Translations under genes and position numbers: made by a program
DNA from: Mobula hypostoma
Taxonomy: Eukaryota
Direction of reading: 5' to 3'
Length of the DNA stretch: 64,000 nt
Assembly: GCF_963921235.1 (NCBI RefSeq)
Contig: NC_086108.1
Coordinates: 114,578,001 to 114,642,000 of the forward strand
The notes under the pieces: model-generated
The model's database searches: none
What the model saw: only the letters and a program-made list of their open reading frames with translations
Told to the model about the DNA's origin: nothing
In this document: positions 11,501 to 22,900 of the stretch, one piece after another
Layout: the number at the start of each line of letters is the position of its first letter
Position numbering within the stretch: the stretch's first letter is position 1

Positions 11501-14225
11501 AGTGAGTTACTGAGGGGAGGGGAGGGGATGGCTTCCCGGAGACGAGGAAAGGTATAAGCATAGTAAGAAGGCATAGAGAGGGTGAATGTACTCAGTCTGT
11601 TCCCCAGGATGTGGCGGGGTGGAAAGCTACAGGACGTAGGTTTAAGGCAGAATAGGTACAGCCTAGATGGGCCACTTTCTGTGCTGTACTGCTCAGTGAA
11701 GTGACTAGGTGAGAAGGGAAAGATTTAGTAGGAACCTGAGGGTGTAGAAGGAGTGGTTGGGTAGCTACATTAACAGCATTTTAAACACCTGCATAGGAAA
11801 AGTAAAGAGGTTCATGTTTTGTTGTAACATTTACGGTGGTGTGGTAGTGTAGTGGTCAGAGCCACTCTTGACAGTGCCAGCAACCCAGATTCAGTTCTGC
11901 TGCTGTCTGCAGTTTGTATGTTCTCTCTCTGACCTCTGGGTGCTCTGGTTTCCTGATGTATTACAAGGATGTACTGGTTAGTAGGTTAATTGATCAGGCA
12001 GGTGAAATTGGGTGGTGTGGCTTGTGTCAATGCAATGTGCTGTTGCAAAATAATAAACTTCATCTTATACAAGAGAGTAATTCTCATGTCGGCCAAATGG
12101 TGGGGAATTGGGACTAGCTTGTGCAGAAGGGCCTGTTTTGGTGTGCTCTAACTCCAACAGTGTCTGTATCAGGTGCTCTGCAAAATCAGACCTTTCAAAA
12201 TTCCTTTCACCTACTGCTGTTGTAAGATGAGTGTAGTTTCCTAGTATGATGACATGGGCTCTCCACCTCACAATCTACCTTGTTATCAACTGCAAGGTCA
12301 AGCTTGTCATTCAACCATACATGAATGGCCATGAATACAGTCAAACAGAAATGTTACTCTGGGGCCAAGGTGCAAAACAGAACCAACAGTCATACACAGC
12401 ACAGTGCATATGGCACATATGACAGCAGTAAAATACAGTCACACAAAAAATATAGTCTGGGTCCTGAGTCTGTGAATATTGCAGCAGCCTGCAGTTGAAC
12501 ACACTGTGTGTCTTATCTCCTGTGAGCGAACACTGGGGGGGGGGGGCAACATGGATTCCAGTATGGACACCGAACCACACTGCCCCGGCATTGATACCTC
12601 TCTCCTGGACTGCTGCAAACAGGTGACACTGCAGCTTGAGACTTGGCTCTCTCCAAGACTCAGGCCACACAACTCTGTAGCCATAAGAAGTAGGAGCAGG
12701 AGTAGGCCAACTGGCCCATCGGCCCTGCTCTGCTATTCAATGCGATCATGGCTGGTCTGGCCAATAAGCCAGTGAATTGGACTTGCAGCATTCCACAATA
12801 GCAGTGTCCAACAGGTTGTGATCACGAGAAAAATGGTTAAGACAATCACTTGCTGTTAGATTACACACCACTGCACCCTTTCTGACACAGGCAGCAGCAC
12901 GATCCACACCAAGCCCAGCTTCTTCAGTTTCTCCACCAACAAGCAACTGGCTGATGGGATAGAGCTGCTGTACTTTATGTCTGGCAGGATCCTGTGATTG
13001 TAAAGCTTCACATAGATAGCAGGTGGTCTTGCAATTGGTTTATTATTGTCACGTGTACTGAGATATGATAAAGTATACTGTTCATATAGACCAGATCGTA
13101 ACAGTACATTGAGGTAGAACAAGGTGAAACAAAAATAATCTACATGAAGTGAATGCAGTTGTAGCTGCTTGAAGACTGTGTTAGGGATCTAAGGCAACAG
13201 CTGGATGACCTGAGAAGGAGGAGATCATCGAATGGAGTCACACGTAAGTAGTCAGCCATAAGTTGCAGGAGGTGGCTAGCCCGGTGACTGTCAGGAGAAG
13301 GAATGGGAAGATGAATAGGCAGTTAGTGCAGAGCACCCCTGTGGCTACTCCCCCAATATTAAGCATACCGTTTGGATCCTGTTGTGGGGGATGACCTTTT
13401 CCCTTCTGAGGAAGTAGAGGTGGTGGTGAGCTTTCTTGGCTGTGACATCTACATGGTTAGACCAGGTAAGGCTGTTCATGACGTTCAAACCTTGGAACCC
13501 GAAGCTCTCAACCTCAACACCATTGATGTAGACAGGAGCGTGTGTACCGTCCCCCTTCCTGAAGGCAATGGCCAGTTCTTTTATTGAGATATAAGGAAAA
13601 CATTGTTTTCGTGGGCTCTGCCTCCTTCCTGTTGTCATATCAGAAGATCTGTTCTGGGTCCAGCACATCTGTGGCATCACAAAGAAGGCACAATAATGCC
13701 TCAGCTTTCTTAGAAGTTTGTGCAGATTTGGAATGTCACCTAAAACTTTGACAAACTTCGAGAGATGCACAGTTGAGAGCATCTGAACTGGTTGCATCAT
13801 GGCCTTGTATCAAAACATCAATGCTCAAGAACAGAAAAGCCTACAGAAAGTAGTAGATACAGCCCAGTCCATCACAGGCTAAGCCCTCCCCACCAGTGAG
13901 AACAAGGATCACTGCCACCAGAAAGCAGCATCCATCATCAAGAACCCCACCATCCAGACCATGTTCTTTTTCTGCTGTTACCATTGGGCAGGAAGTACAA
14001 TAGCCTTAGGTCCCATACACGTCCTTTCCCTTCCTGATGAAGGCTCTCAACCAGAAATGTAAACTGTTTATTCCTCCTCATATTTGCTGCCTGACCTGCT
14101 GAGTTCCCCCAGCATTTTGTGTGTGTTGCTCTGGATTTCCAACATCCGCAGTATCTCTTATGAGTATGATGTGAAATTTGTTGTCTTGCAATGGCAGTAC
14201 AGCGCAAAGACATAACATTTTATCA

Positions 14226-16537
14226 TAAAAGAGAGGCGAGACTGCACAGGCGCGTGACGTCAGCCAGTAGAGCACGAAAGGTTTAAAAAAGCAAGGAATC
14301 CTCAACGGTTTTTGATTCAGAGCAAGAAGGCTGCGAGTGAACGGCTGATTTTTCGGAGCATAGGGTGTTTTTTTACTACTCCGGGTAAAAGAGAGGTGAG
14401 ACTGCACAGGTGTGTGATGTCACCCAGTAGAGCGCGAAAGGTTTAAAAAGAAGACAACCATATCCAGCGGGCAGCGGAGTGAGAGGTGGCAGAGTGATTG
14501 GACTTTGGCTCAACGGGCTTAGGCAGTAACGGGATGAGGCGAGGTAGGTTTACCTGCGTTATTTGCGGAAAGGAGTAAGTATGTGTGTGAGGCCAGCTTT
14601 CTGTGCTTGGTGTCAGATGTGGGAGGTCCAAGAGTCTCCCAGTCTCCTGGACGGCCATATCTGCACCCAGTGTGTCGAGCTGCAGCTCCTAAGGGAACTG
14701 GAGATGCAGCTCGATGACCTTCGCCTGGTCAGGGAGAGCGAGGAGGTGATAGAAAGGAGTTATAGGCAGGTGGTCACATCGGGGCCACGGGGGACAGACA
14801 AGTGGGTAACAGTCAGGAGGGGGAAAGGGAAGAGTCAGGTACTAGAGAGTACCCCTGTGGCTGTACCCCTTAACAATGAGTACTCCTGTTTGAGTACTGT
14901 TGGGGGAGACGGCCTACCTGGGAGAAGCGACAGTGGTCGTGCCTCTGGTACAGAGTCTGGCCCTGTGGCTCAGAAGGGTAGGGAAAGGAAGAGGATGGCA
15001 GCAGTGATAGGGGACTCTATAGTTAGCGGGCCAGACAGGTGATTCTGTGGACACAGGAAAGAAATTTGGATGGTAGTTTGCCTCCCAGGTGCCAGGGTCT
15101 GGGATGTTTCAGATCGATTCCCTGATATCCTGCAGTGGGAGGGAGAACAGCCAGAGGTCGTGGTACATATTGGTACCAATGACATAGGTAGGAAAAGGGA
15201 AGAGATCCTGAAAAAAGACTACAGGGAGTTAGGAAGGAAGTTGAGAAGCAGGACCACAAAGTTAGTAATCTTGGGATTACTGCCTGTGCCATGCGACAGT
15301 GAGAATAGAAATAGAATGAGGTGGAGGATAAATGCGTGGCTGAGGGATTGGAGCAGGGCGTAGGGATTCAGACTTCTGGATCATTCTGAACTCTTTTGGG
15401 GCAGGTGTGGCCTGTACAAAAAGGACGGGTTGCACTTGAATCCCAGGGGGACTAATATCCCGGTGGGGAGGTTTGCTAAGGCTACTGGGGAAGAGTTTAA
15501 ACTAGAATTGTTGGGGGGTGGGAACTGAACTGAAAAGTCTGGGGATAGGCAGGTGATAGAGAAGGGACGCGCTCAGAGCAAAGGTTTGAGATGTGCCTAT
15601 TTTAATGCAAGGAATGTTGTGAACAAAGTGGATGAGCTTTGAGTGTGGATCAGTACTTGGAGATATGATGTGGTGGCCATGACAGAGACTTGGATGGCTC
15701 AGGGACAGGAATGGTTACATCAAGTGCCGGGTTTAAGATGTTTCAGAAAGGAAAAGGAGGGAGACAAAAGAGGTGGGGGTGTGGCACTGTTGATCAGAGA
15801 TAGTGTCACGGCTGGCAGTGAGGATGATCAGAGGGATCTTGGGGTCCGAGTCTATAGGATGCTCAAAGCAGCTGCGCAGGTTGACTCTGTGGTTAAGAAA
15901 GCATACGATGTATTGGCCTTCATCAAACATAGAATTGAATTTAGGAGCCGAGAGGTAATGTTGCAGCTATATAGGACCCTGGTCAGGCTCCACTTGGAGT
16001 ACTGTGCTCAGTTCTGGTCACCTCACTACAGGAAGGATGTGGAAACCATAGAAAGGGTGCAGAGGAGATTTACAAGGATGTTGCCTGGATTGGGGAGCAT
16101 GCCTTATGAGAATAGGTTGAGTGAACTTGGCCTTTTCTCCTTGGAGTGACGGAAGATGACAGGTGACCTGATAGAGGTGTATAAGATGATGAGAGGCATT
16201 GATCGTGTGGGTAGTCAGAGGCTTTTTCCCAGGGCTGAAATGGTTGCCACAAGAGGACACAGGTTTAAGGTGCTGGGGAGTAGGTACAGAGGAGATGTCA
16301 GGGGTAAGTTTTTTACTCAGAGAGTGGTGAGTGTGTGGAATGGGCTGCCAGCAACAGTGGTGGAGGTGGATACGATAGGGTCTTTTAAGCGACTTTTAGA
16401 TAGGTACATGGAGCTTAGAAAAATAGAGGGCTATAGGTAAGCCTAGTAATTTCTAAGGTAGGGACATGTTCAGCACAACTTTGTGGGCTGAAGGGCCTGT
16501 ATTGTGCTGTAGGTTTTCTATGTTTCTATGTTTCTAT
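14226..16537 (+). mobile_element. Internally deleted CR1 LINE: 5' UTR, ORF1 (zinc finger + SGNH/GDSL esterase), endonuclease start, then 3' end and (TTTCTATG)n tail
   Basis: CAWC..CTQC, VIGDSIV, HIGTND, DGLHLN; YFNARN..TETW; jumps at ~15812 to [15 protein letters not shown]. Confidence 0.88.
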
Positions 16538-16807
16538 AAATATCAAAATAAGTAGTACACAAAAAGGAATAAAGAGGTAGTGCTCATGGGTTGATGGACT
16601 GTTCAGAGAAGTGATGGTAGACGGAAGAAGCTGATCCTGAATTGCTGAGTGTGGTTCTTCAAGCTTTCCGCTCTGTCCTGCTGACACTGGCTGTGGAATT
16701 ACCTGAATGGAGAGCTTACTTTCAATATCAGTGCTGTTGGTTTGTATGTGAGCTGCCCTGGGCTTCGGGGAAGGTTTGACTCTAACTCTGTTAAATCCTA
16801 GGTGGCC

Positions 16808-16927
16808 ATGGCCTCAGGGAGATTGGCGGTGTCCCTCATGCGAGCTGTGCAAGTCTTTGAGTTTGGTGGACCGTCAGTGCTGCAGCTGCGATCGGATGTT
16901 CCTATTCCCAAACTGAGTGACCATCAG
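16808..16927 (+). CDS. CRYZ: CRYZ first coding exon ([21 protein letters not shown]...LSDHQ)
   Basis: Acceptor cctag| before 16802, Kozak-like gccATGG, donor CAG|gtgatg. Confidence 0.94.
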
Positions 16928-19900
16928 GTGATGTGCTCCGTCTCTCAGTACCTTTGTTAAAGGGACTTGATGCACTTGGACCTCCTATTCTGAGGCGGTG
17001 CTCTACGATTCTAGACACCCCCACTATAGGAAACATCCTCTCCACATTCACTCTAAACGGGTTTTCAATAATCTAATAGATTTCAATGAGATCCCCCTCA
17101 TTCTTCTAAACTCCAGCGAGTACAGGCCCACAGCCATCAAACACTCTTCACCCTTCATTCCTGGAATCCTTCTCGTGAACCTTCTCTGGACTCTCTGCAA
17201 AGCCAGCTGGATAAGGGGCACAAAACTGCTCACAAAATGGGTCCTTTTACAGATTAGGGTTAGTAAGTTGTGGGCATGCTAATATCGGCACCAGGAACAT
17301 GGCAACACTTGCAGGCTGCCCCCAGCAAATCCTTGGACTCAGAATTTCTAAATATATTTATTATCAAAGTATGTATGCCATATACAACCTTGAGATTTGT
17401 CGTCTTATAGGCAGCCACAAAACAAAGAAACACAATAGAATCCACAAAACCCCCTACAGCACAAAGACCAGCAGACACCCAATGTGTGGAAAAAAGAACA
17501 AATTGCACACACAATAAAATTGTAAATAAATAATTCACAGCACGTGAACCGCAGAGTCCCTGAAAGTGTGTCCACAGGCTGATGAGCCAGTTCAGTGCTG
17601 AGGTGAGTGCAGCCAGTCAAGACTCGTGCACCTTGCACCTGAAGGTAGTGGTGGGAAGAGACGGAGATGGGTCAGGTGGACGATCCTGGATTACTTGGAG
17701 TAGTGAGCTGAACACTGGTTCAATCGCAGCCCTTGTCCTCGATCCTTTAATCTTTTTAATCTGGTTTGGTGCTTAAATTGGCTGAAAATCTGGCTCAGTT
17801 TTCTCGTTTTCTCTGTCAGACCCACTCCCTGCCGCTACGTTCCGGCCAGAAGTTTTAAAGCTGGCTCGAAGTCCACTCTAGTAGTGGCTAATGCTGCTGT
17901 ACCTTATTCTCGAGATTTCAGTCTGCTGAATCCTTCAGGATACCGCAAAAAAAATGCCAAAGCATTCAGACGCACAACTCCCAAAGGGAAATTGCATGCT
18001 GCAGACTGGGGTGATTGTAGTCCAAAAAAATATATTCAGTAGTTTTGTTAACTGCCTTCAAAACATCGCTGTACATTGACGGCACCAATTTGGGAAAAAC
18101 TTTGATCGTTGATGCAATGCATTTCACTGTTTTAATGTGCATGTAACAAAGCTTATCTTAAATCTTAAAAAGGTTCTATGGGTGCATCAACACCTCAAAG
18201 AATGTAGCAGTTCAAAATGACAGCTCACCACCACCCCTCAAGGGCAATTAGGGAGGGGTTGGTTCAGGAAAAATCATTCTCCATCATTCCCTTTTCAAAT
18301 CGAGTTTAATTATCATTCAAACAGCTGAATGAGAGAGTGTTCCTCTGGGGCCAAGGTGCAAAACTTTCAAAATAGCAAGCAAACATTCAAAAATAGTCAG
18401 TAACATTATTCAAAATATCAGGCAAAGAAGCATATTCACTTCAGAAAAAAAACATATGTAGTCCAAGACCTTGAGTGACAATGTCCAGCTAAGGATGGTA
18501 TGGACACCCGGCAGTGTACGGACGCACACAATCCATCAAAGTTGCTGGTGAACGCAGCAGGCCAAGCAGCATCTATAGAAAGAGGTGCAGTCGACGTTTC
18601 AGGCCGAGACCCTTCATCAGGACTAACTGAAGGAAGAGTGAGTAAGGGATTTGAAAGTTGGATGGGGAGGGGGAGATCCAAAATGATAGGAGAAGACAGG
18701 AGGGGGAGGGATAGAGCCGAGAGCTGGACAGGTGATAGGCAAAAGGGGATACGAGAGGATCATGGGACAGGAGGTCCGGGAAGAAAGACAAGGGGGGGGG
18801 TGACCCAGAGGATGGGCAAGAGGTATATTCAGAGGGACAGAGGGAGAAAAAGGAGAGTGAGAGAAAGAATGTGTGCATAAAAATGAGTAACAGATGGGGT
18901 ACGAGGGGGAGGTGGGGCCTTAGCGGAAGTTAGAGAAGTCGATGTTCATGCCATCAGGTTGGAGGCTACCCAGACGGAATATAAGGTGTTGTTCCTCCAA
19001 CCTGAGTGTGGCTTCATCTTTACAGTAGAGGAGGCCGTGGATAGACATATCAGAATGGGAATGGGATGTGGAATTAAAATGTGTGGCCACTGGGAGATCC
19101 TGCTTTCTCTGGCGGACAGAGCGTAGATGTTCAGCAAAGCGGTCTCCCAGTCTGCGTCGGGTCTCACCAATATATAAAAGGCCACATCGGGAGCACCGGA
19201 CGCAGTATATCACCCCAGTTGACTCACAGGTGAAGTGATGCCTCACCTGGAAGGACTGTTTGGGGCCCTGAATGGTGGTAAGGGAGGAAGTGTAAGGGCA
19301 TGTGTAGCACTTGTTCCGCTTACACGGATAAGTGCCAGGAGGGAAATCAGTGGGGAGGGATGGGGGGGACGAATGGACAAGGGAGTTGTGTAGGGAGCGA
19401 TCCCTGCGGAATGCAGGGGGGGGAGGGGAAGATGTGCTTAGTGGTGGGATCCCGTTGGAGGTGGCGGAAGTTACGGAGAATAATATGTTGGACCCGGAGG
19501 CTGGTGGGGTGGTAGGTGAGGACCAGGGGAACCCTATTCCTAGTGGGGTGGTGGGAGGATGGAGTGAGAGCAGATGTACGTGAAATGGGGGAGATGCGTT
19601 TAAGGGCAGAGTTGATAGTGGAGGAAGGGAAGCCCCTTTCTTTAAAAAAAGGAAGACATCTCCCTCGTCCTAGAATGAAAAGCCTCATCCTGAGAGCAGA
19701 TGCGGCGGAGACGGAGGAATTGTGAGAAAGGGATGGCGTTTTTGCAAGAGACAGGGTGAGAAGAGGAATAGTCCAGATAGCTGTGAGAGTCAGTAGGCTT
19801 ATAGTAGACATCAGTGGATAAGCTGTCTCCAGAGACAGAGACAGAAAGATCTAGAAAGGGGAGGGAGGTGTCGGAAATGGACCAGGTAAACTTGAGGGCA

Positions 19901-22900
19901 GGGTGAAAGTTGGAGGCAAAGTTAATAAAGTCAACGAGTTCTGCATGCGTGCAGGAAGCAGCGCCAATGCAGTCGTCGATGTAGCGAAGGAAAAGTGGGG
20001 GACAGATACCAGAATAGGCACGGAGCATAGATTGTTCCACAAACCCAACAAAAAGGCAGGCATAGCTAGGACCCATACGGGTGCCCATAGCTACACCTTT
20101 AGCTTGGAGGAAATGGGAGGAGCCAAAGGAGAAATTATTAAGAGTAAGGACTAATTCCGCTAGACAGAGCAGAGTGGTGGTAGAGGGGAACTGATTAGGT
20201 CTGGAATCCAAAAAGAAGCGTAGAGCTTTGAGACCTTCCTGATGGGGGATGGAAGTATATAAGGACTGGACATCCATGGTGAAAATAAAGCGGTGGGGGC
20301 CAGGGAACTTAAAATCATCGAAAAGTTTAAGAGCGTGAGAAGTGTCACGAACATAGGTCGGAAGGGATTGAACAAGGGGTGATAAAACAGTGTCGAGGTA
20401 TGCAGAAATGAGTTCGGTGGGGCAGGAGCAAGCTGAGACAATAGATCGGCCAGGACAGGCAGGTTTGTGGATCTTGGGTAGGAGGTAGAAACGGGAAGTG
20501 CGGGGTGTGGGAACTATAAGGTTGGTAGCAGTGGATGGGAGACCCCCTGGGCGGATAAAGTCGGTGATGGTGTGGGAGACAATGAGACAATATTAGTCCT
20601 TACTCTTAATAATTTCTCCTTTGGCTCCTCCCATTTCCTCCAAACTAAAGGTGTAGCTATGGGCACCCGTATGGGTCCCAGCTATGCCTGCCTTTTTGTT
20701 GGGTTTGTGGATCTATGTTCCGTGCCTATTCTGGTATCTGTCCCCCACTTTTCCTTCGCTACATCGACGACTGCATTGGCTCTGGAGACAGCTTATCCAC
20801 TGATGTCTACTATAAGCCTACTGACTCTCACAGCTATTTGGACTATTCCTCTTCTCACCCTGTCTCTTACAAAAACGCCATCCCCTTCTCGCAATTCCTC
20901 CGTCTCCGCCGCATCTGCTCTCAGGATGAGGCTTTTCATTCTAGGACGAGGGAGGTGTCTTCCTTTTTTTAAAGAAAGGGGCTTCCCTTCCTCCACTATC
21001 AACTCTGCCCTTAAACGCATCTCCCCCATTTCACGTACATCTGCTCTCACTCCATCCTCCCACCACCCCACTAGGAATAGGGTTCCCGTGGTCCTCACCT
21101 ACCACCCCACCAGCCTCCGGGTCCAACATATTATTCTCCGTAACTTCCGCCACCTCCAACGGGATCCCACCACTAAGCACATCTTCCCCTCCCCCCCCCC
21201 TGCATTCCGCAGGGATCGCTCCCTACACAACTCCCTTGTCCATTCGTCCCCCCCATCCCTCCCCACTGATCTCCCTCCTGGCACTTATCCGTGTAAGCGG
21301 AACAAGTGCTACACATGCCCTTACACTTCCTCCCTTACCACCATTCAGGGCCCCAAACAGTCCTTCCAGGTGAGGCATCACTTCACCTGTGAGTCGACTG
21401 GGGTGATAAACTGCGTCCGGTGCTCCCGATGTGGCCTTTTATATATTGGTGAGACCCGACGCAGACTGGGAGACCGCTTTGCTGAACATCTACGCTCTGT
21501 CCGCCAGAGAAAGCAGGATCTCCCAGTGGCCACACATTTTAATTCCACATCCCATTCCCATTCTGACATGTCTGTCCACGGCCGCCTCTACTGTGGAGAT
21601 GAAGCCACACTCAGGTTGGAGGAACAACACCTTATATTCCATCTGGGTAGCCTCCAACCTGATGGCATGAACATCAACTTCTCTAACTTCCGCTAAGGCC
21701 CCACCTCCCCCTCGTACCCCATCTGTTACTCATTTTTATGCACACATTCTTTCTCTCACTCTCCTTTTTCTCCCTCTGTCCCTCTGAATATACCTCTTGC
21801 CCATCCTCTGGGTCACCCCCCCCCCGCCGTCTTTCTTCCCGGACCTCCTGTCCCATGATCCTCTCGTATCCCCTTTTGCCTATCACCTGTCCAGCTCTCG
21901 GCTCTATCCCTCCCCCTCCTGTCTTCTTCTATCATTTTGGATCTCCCCCCTCCCTCCAACTTTCAAATCCCTTACTCACTCTTCCTTCAGTTAGTCCTGA
22001 CGAAGGGTCTCGGCCTGAAACGTCGACTGCACCTCTTTCTATAGATGCTGCTTGGCCTGCTGCGTTCACCAGCAACTTTGATGTATGTTGCTTGAATTTC
22101 CAGCATCTGCAGAATTCCTGTTGTTTGCACACAATCCAGCCTGTTATTCCACCGCTCGAACATGGGAGTGCAGTACCAATGAGTTAGTGGTGAGATTACC
22201 ACAGTCACACATGATTAGACACTTCGAATTGTGTATGCAGTTTAGTGATGGGGAAGTTATTTGCTAGGTTCAGGAGCCTGATGGTTGCAGGGTAATAACT
22301 GTTCCTGAACCTGGTGGCATGGGACACAAGACTCCTGTACTCCTGCCTAATGGTAGTAGTGAGAAGACAGCATGGTCTGCTTGGTGAGGATCTGTTGAAT
22401 GCTACTTTCTTGTGACAGTGCTCCATTAAATGTGTTCAGTGGCAGGGAGGGCTTCGTGATTGACTTTGCTTTGGCAAAGAGCTAGCACAAATACAATTGC
22501 CTGAATGTAAGTGACAATTTGAACATGGGGAAATGTTAAATTGTCAGTTTGGATCTGCACGTGTTCAGAAGGAGTGGAATTTCTTCAGATTGACCTGGAA
22601 TATTCAGTACTGGTGACGGGCACATAGACCACTCTCAGCATTTGCCCTTCTCTCTACTCTTTTAGGTGCTGATCCGAGTCCACGCGTGCGGTGTAAATCC
22701 TGTGGAAGTCTACATGCGTTCTGGATCCTACGCGAGGAAACCGACTTTGCCGTGGACACCAGGCCATGATGTGGGTGGAGTCATTGAACAAGTGGGGCCA
22801 TGTGTTACCACGTTTCAGGTCAGTCACATAGCAGGCATTTCCCCCCTAGTCTGGCAATGTGAAAACTAGCTGCAACTGAGATTATAGATAGGTTCGATAG

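Larger units (their letters stand above)
18536..22126. mobile_element. Penelope-like retroelement fold-back insertion: minus arm 18536-~20585, plus arm ~20592-22126, RT + GIY-YIG
   Basis: [49 protein letters not shown]; arms are near-identical inverted copies; 12-bp TSD gcacacaatcca (18524-18535, 22127-22138). Confidence 0.93.

Noticed and set aside
20572..21696. 374-aa ORF as a domesticated GIY-YIG gene
   Set aside because: It crosses the inversion junction and changes Penelope frame because of deletions and a frameshift; a chance open frame.
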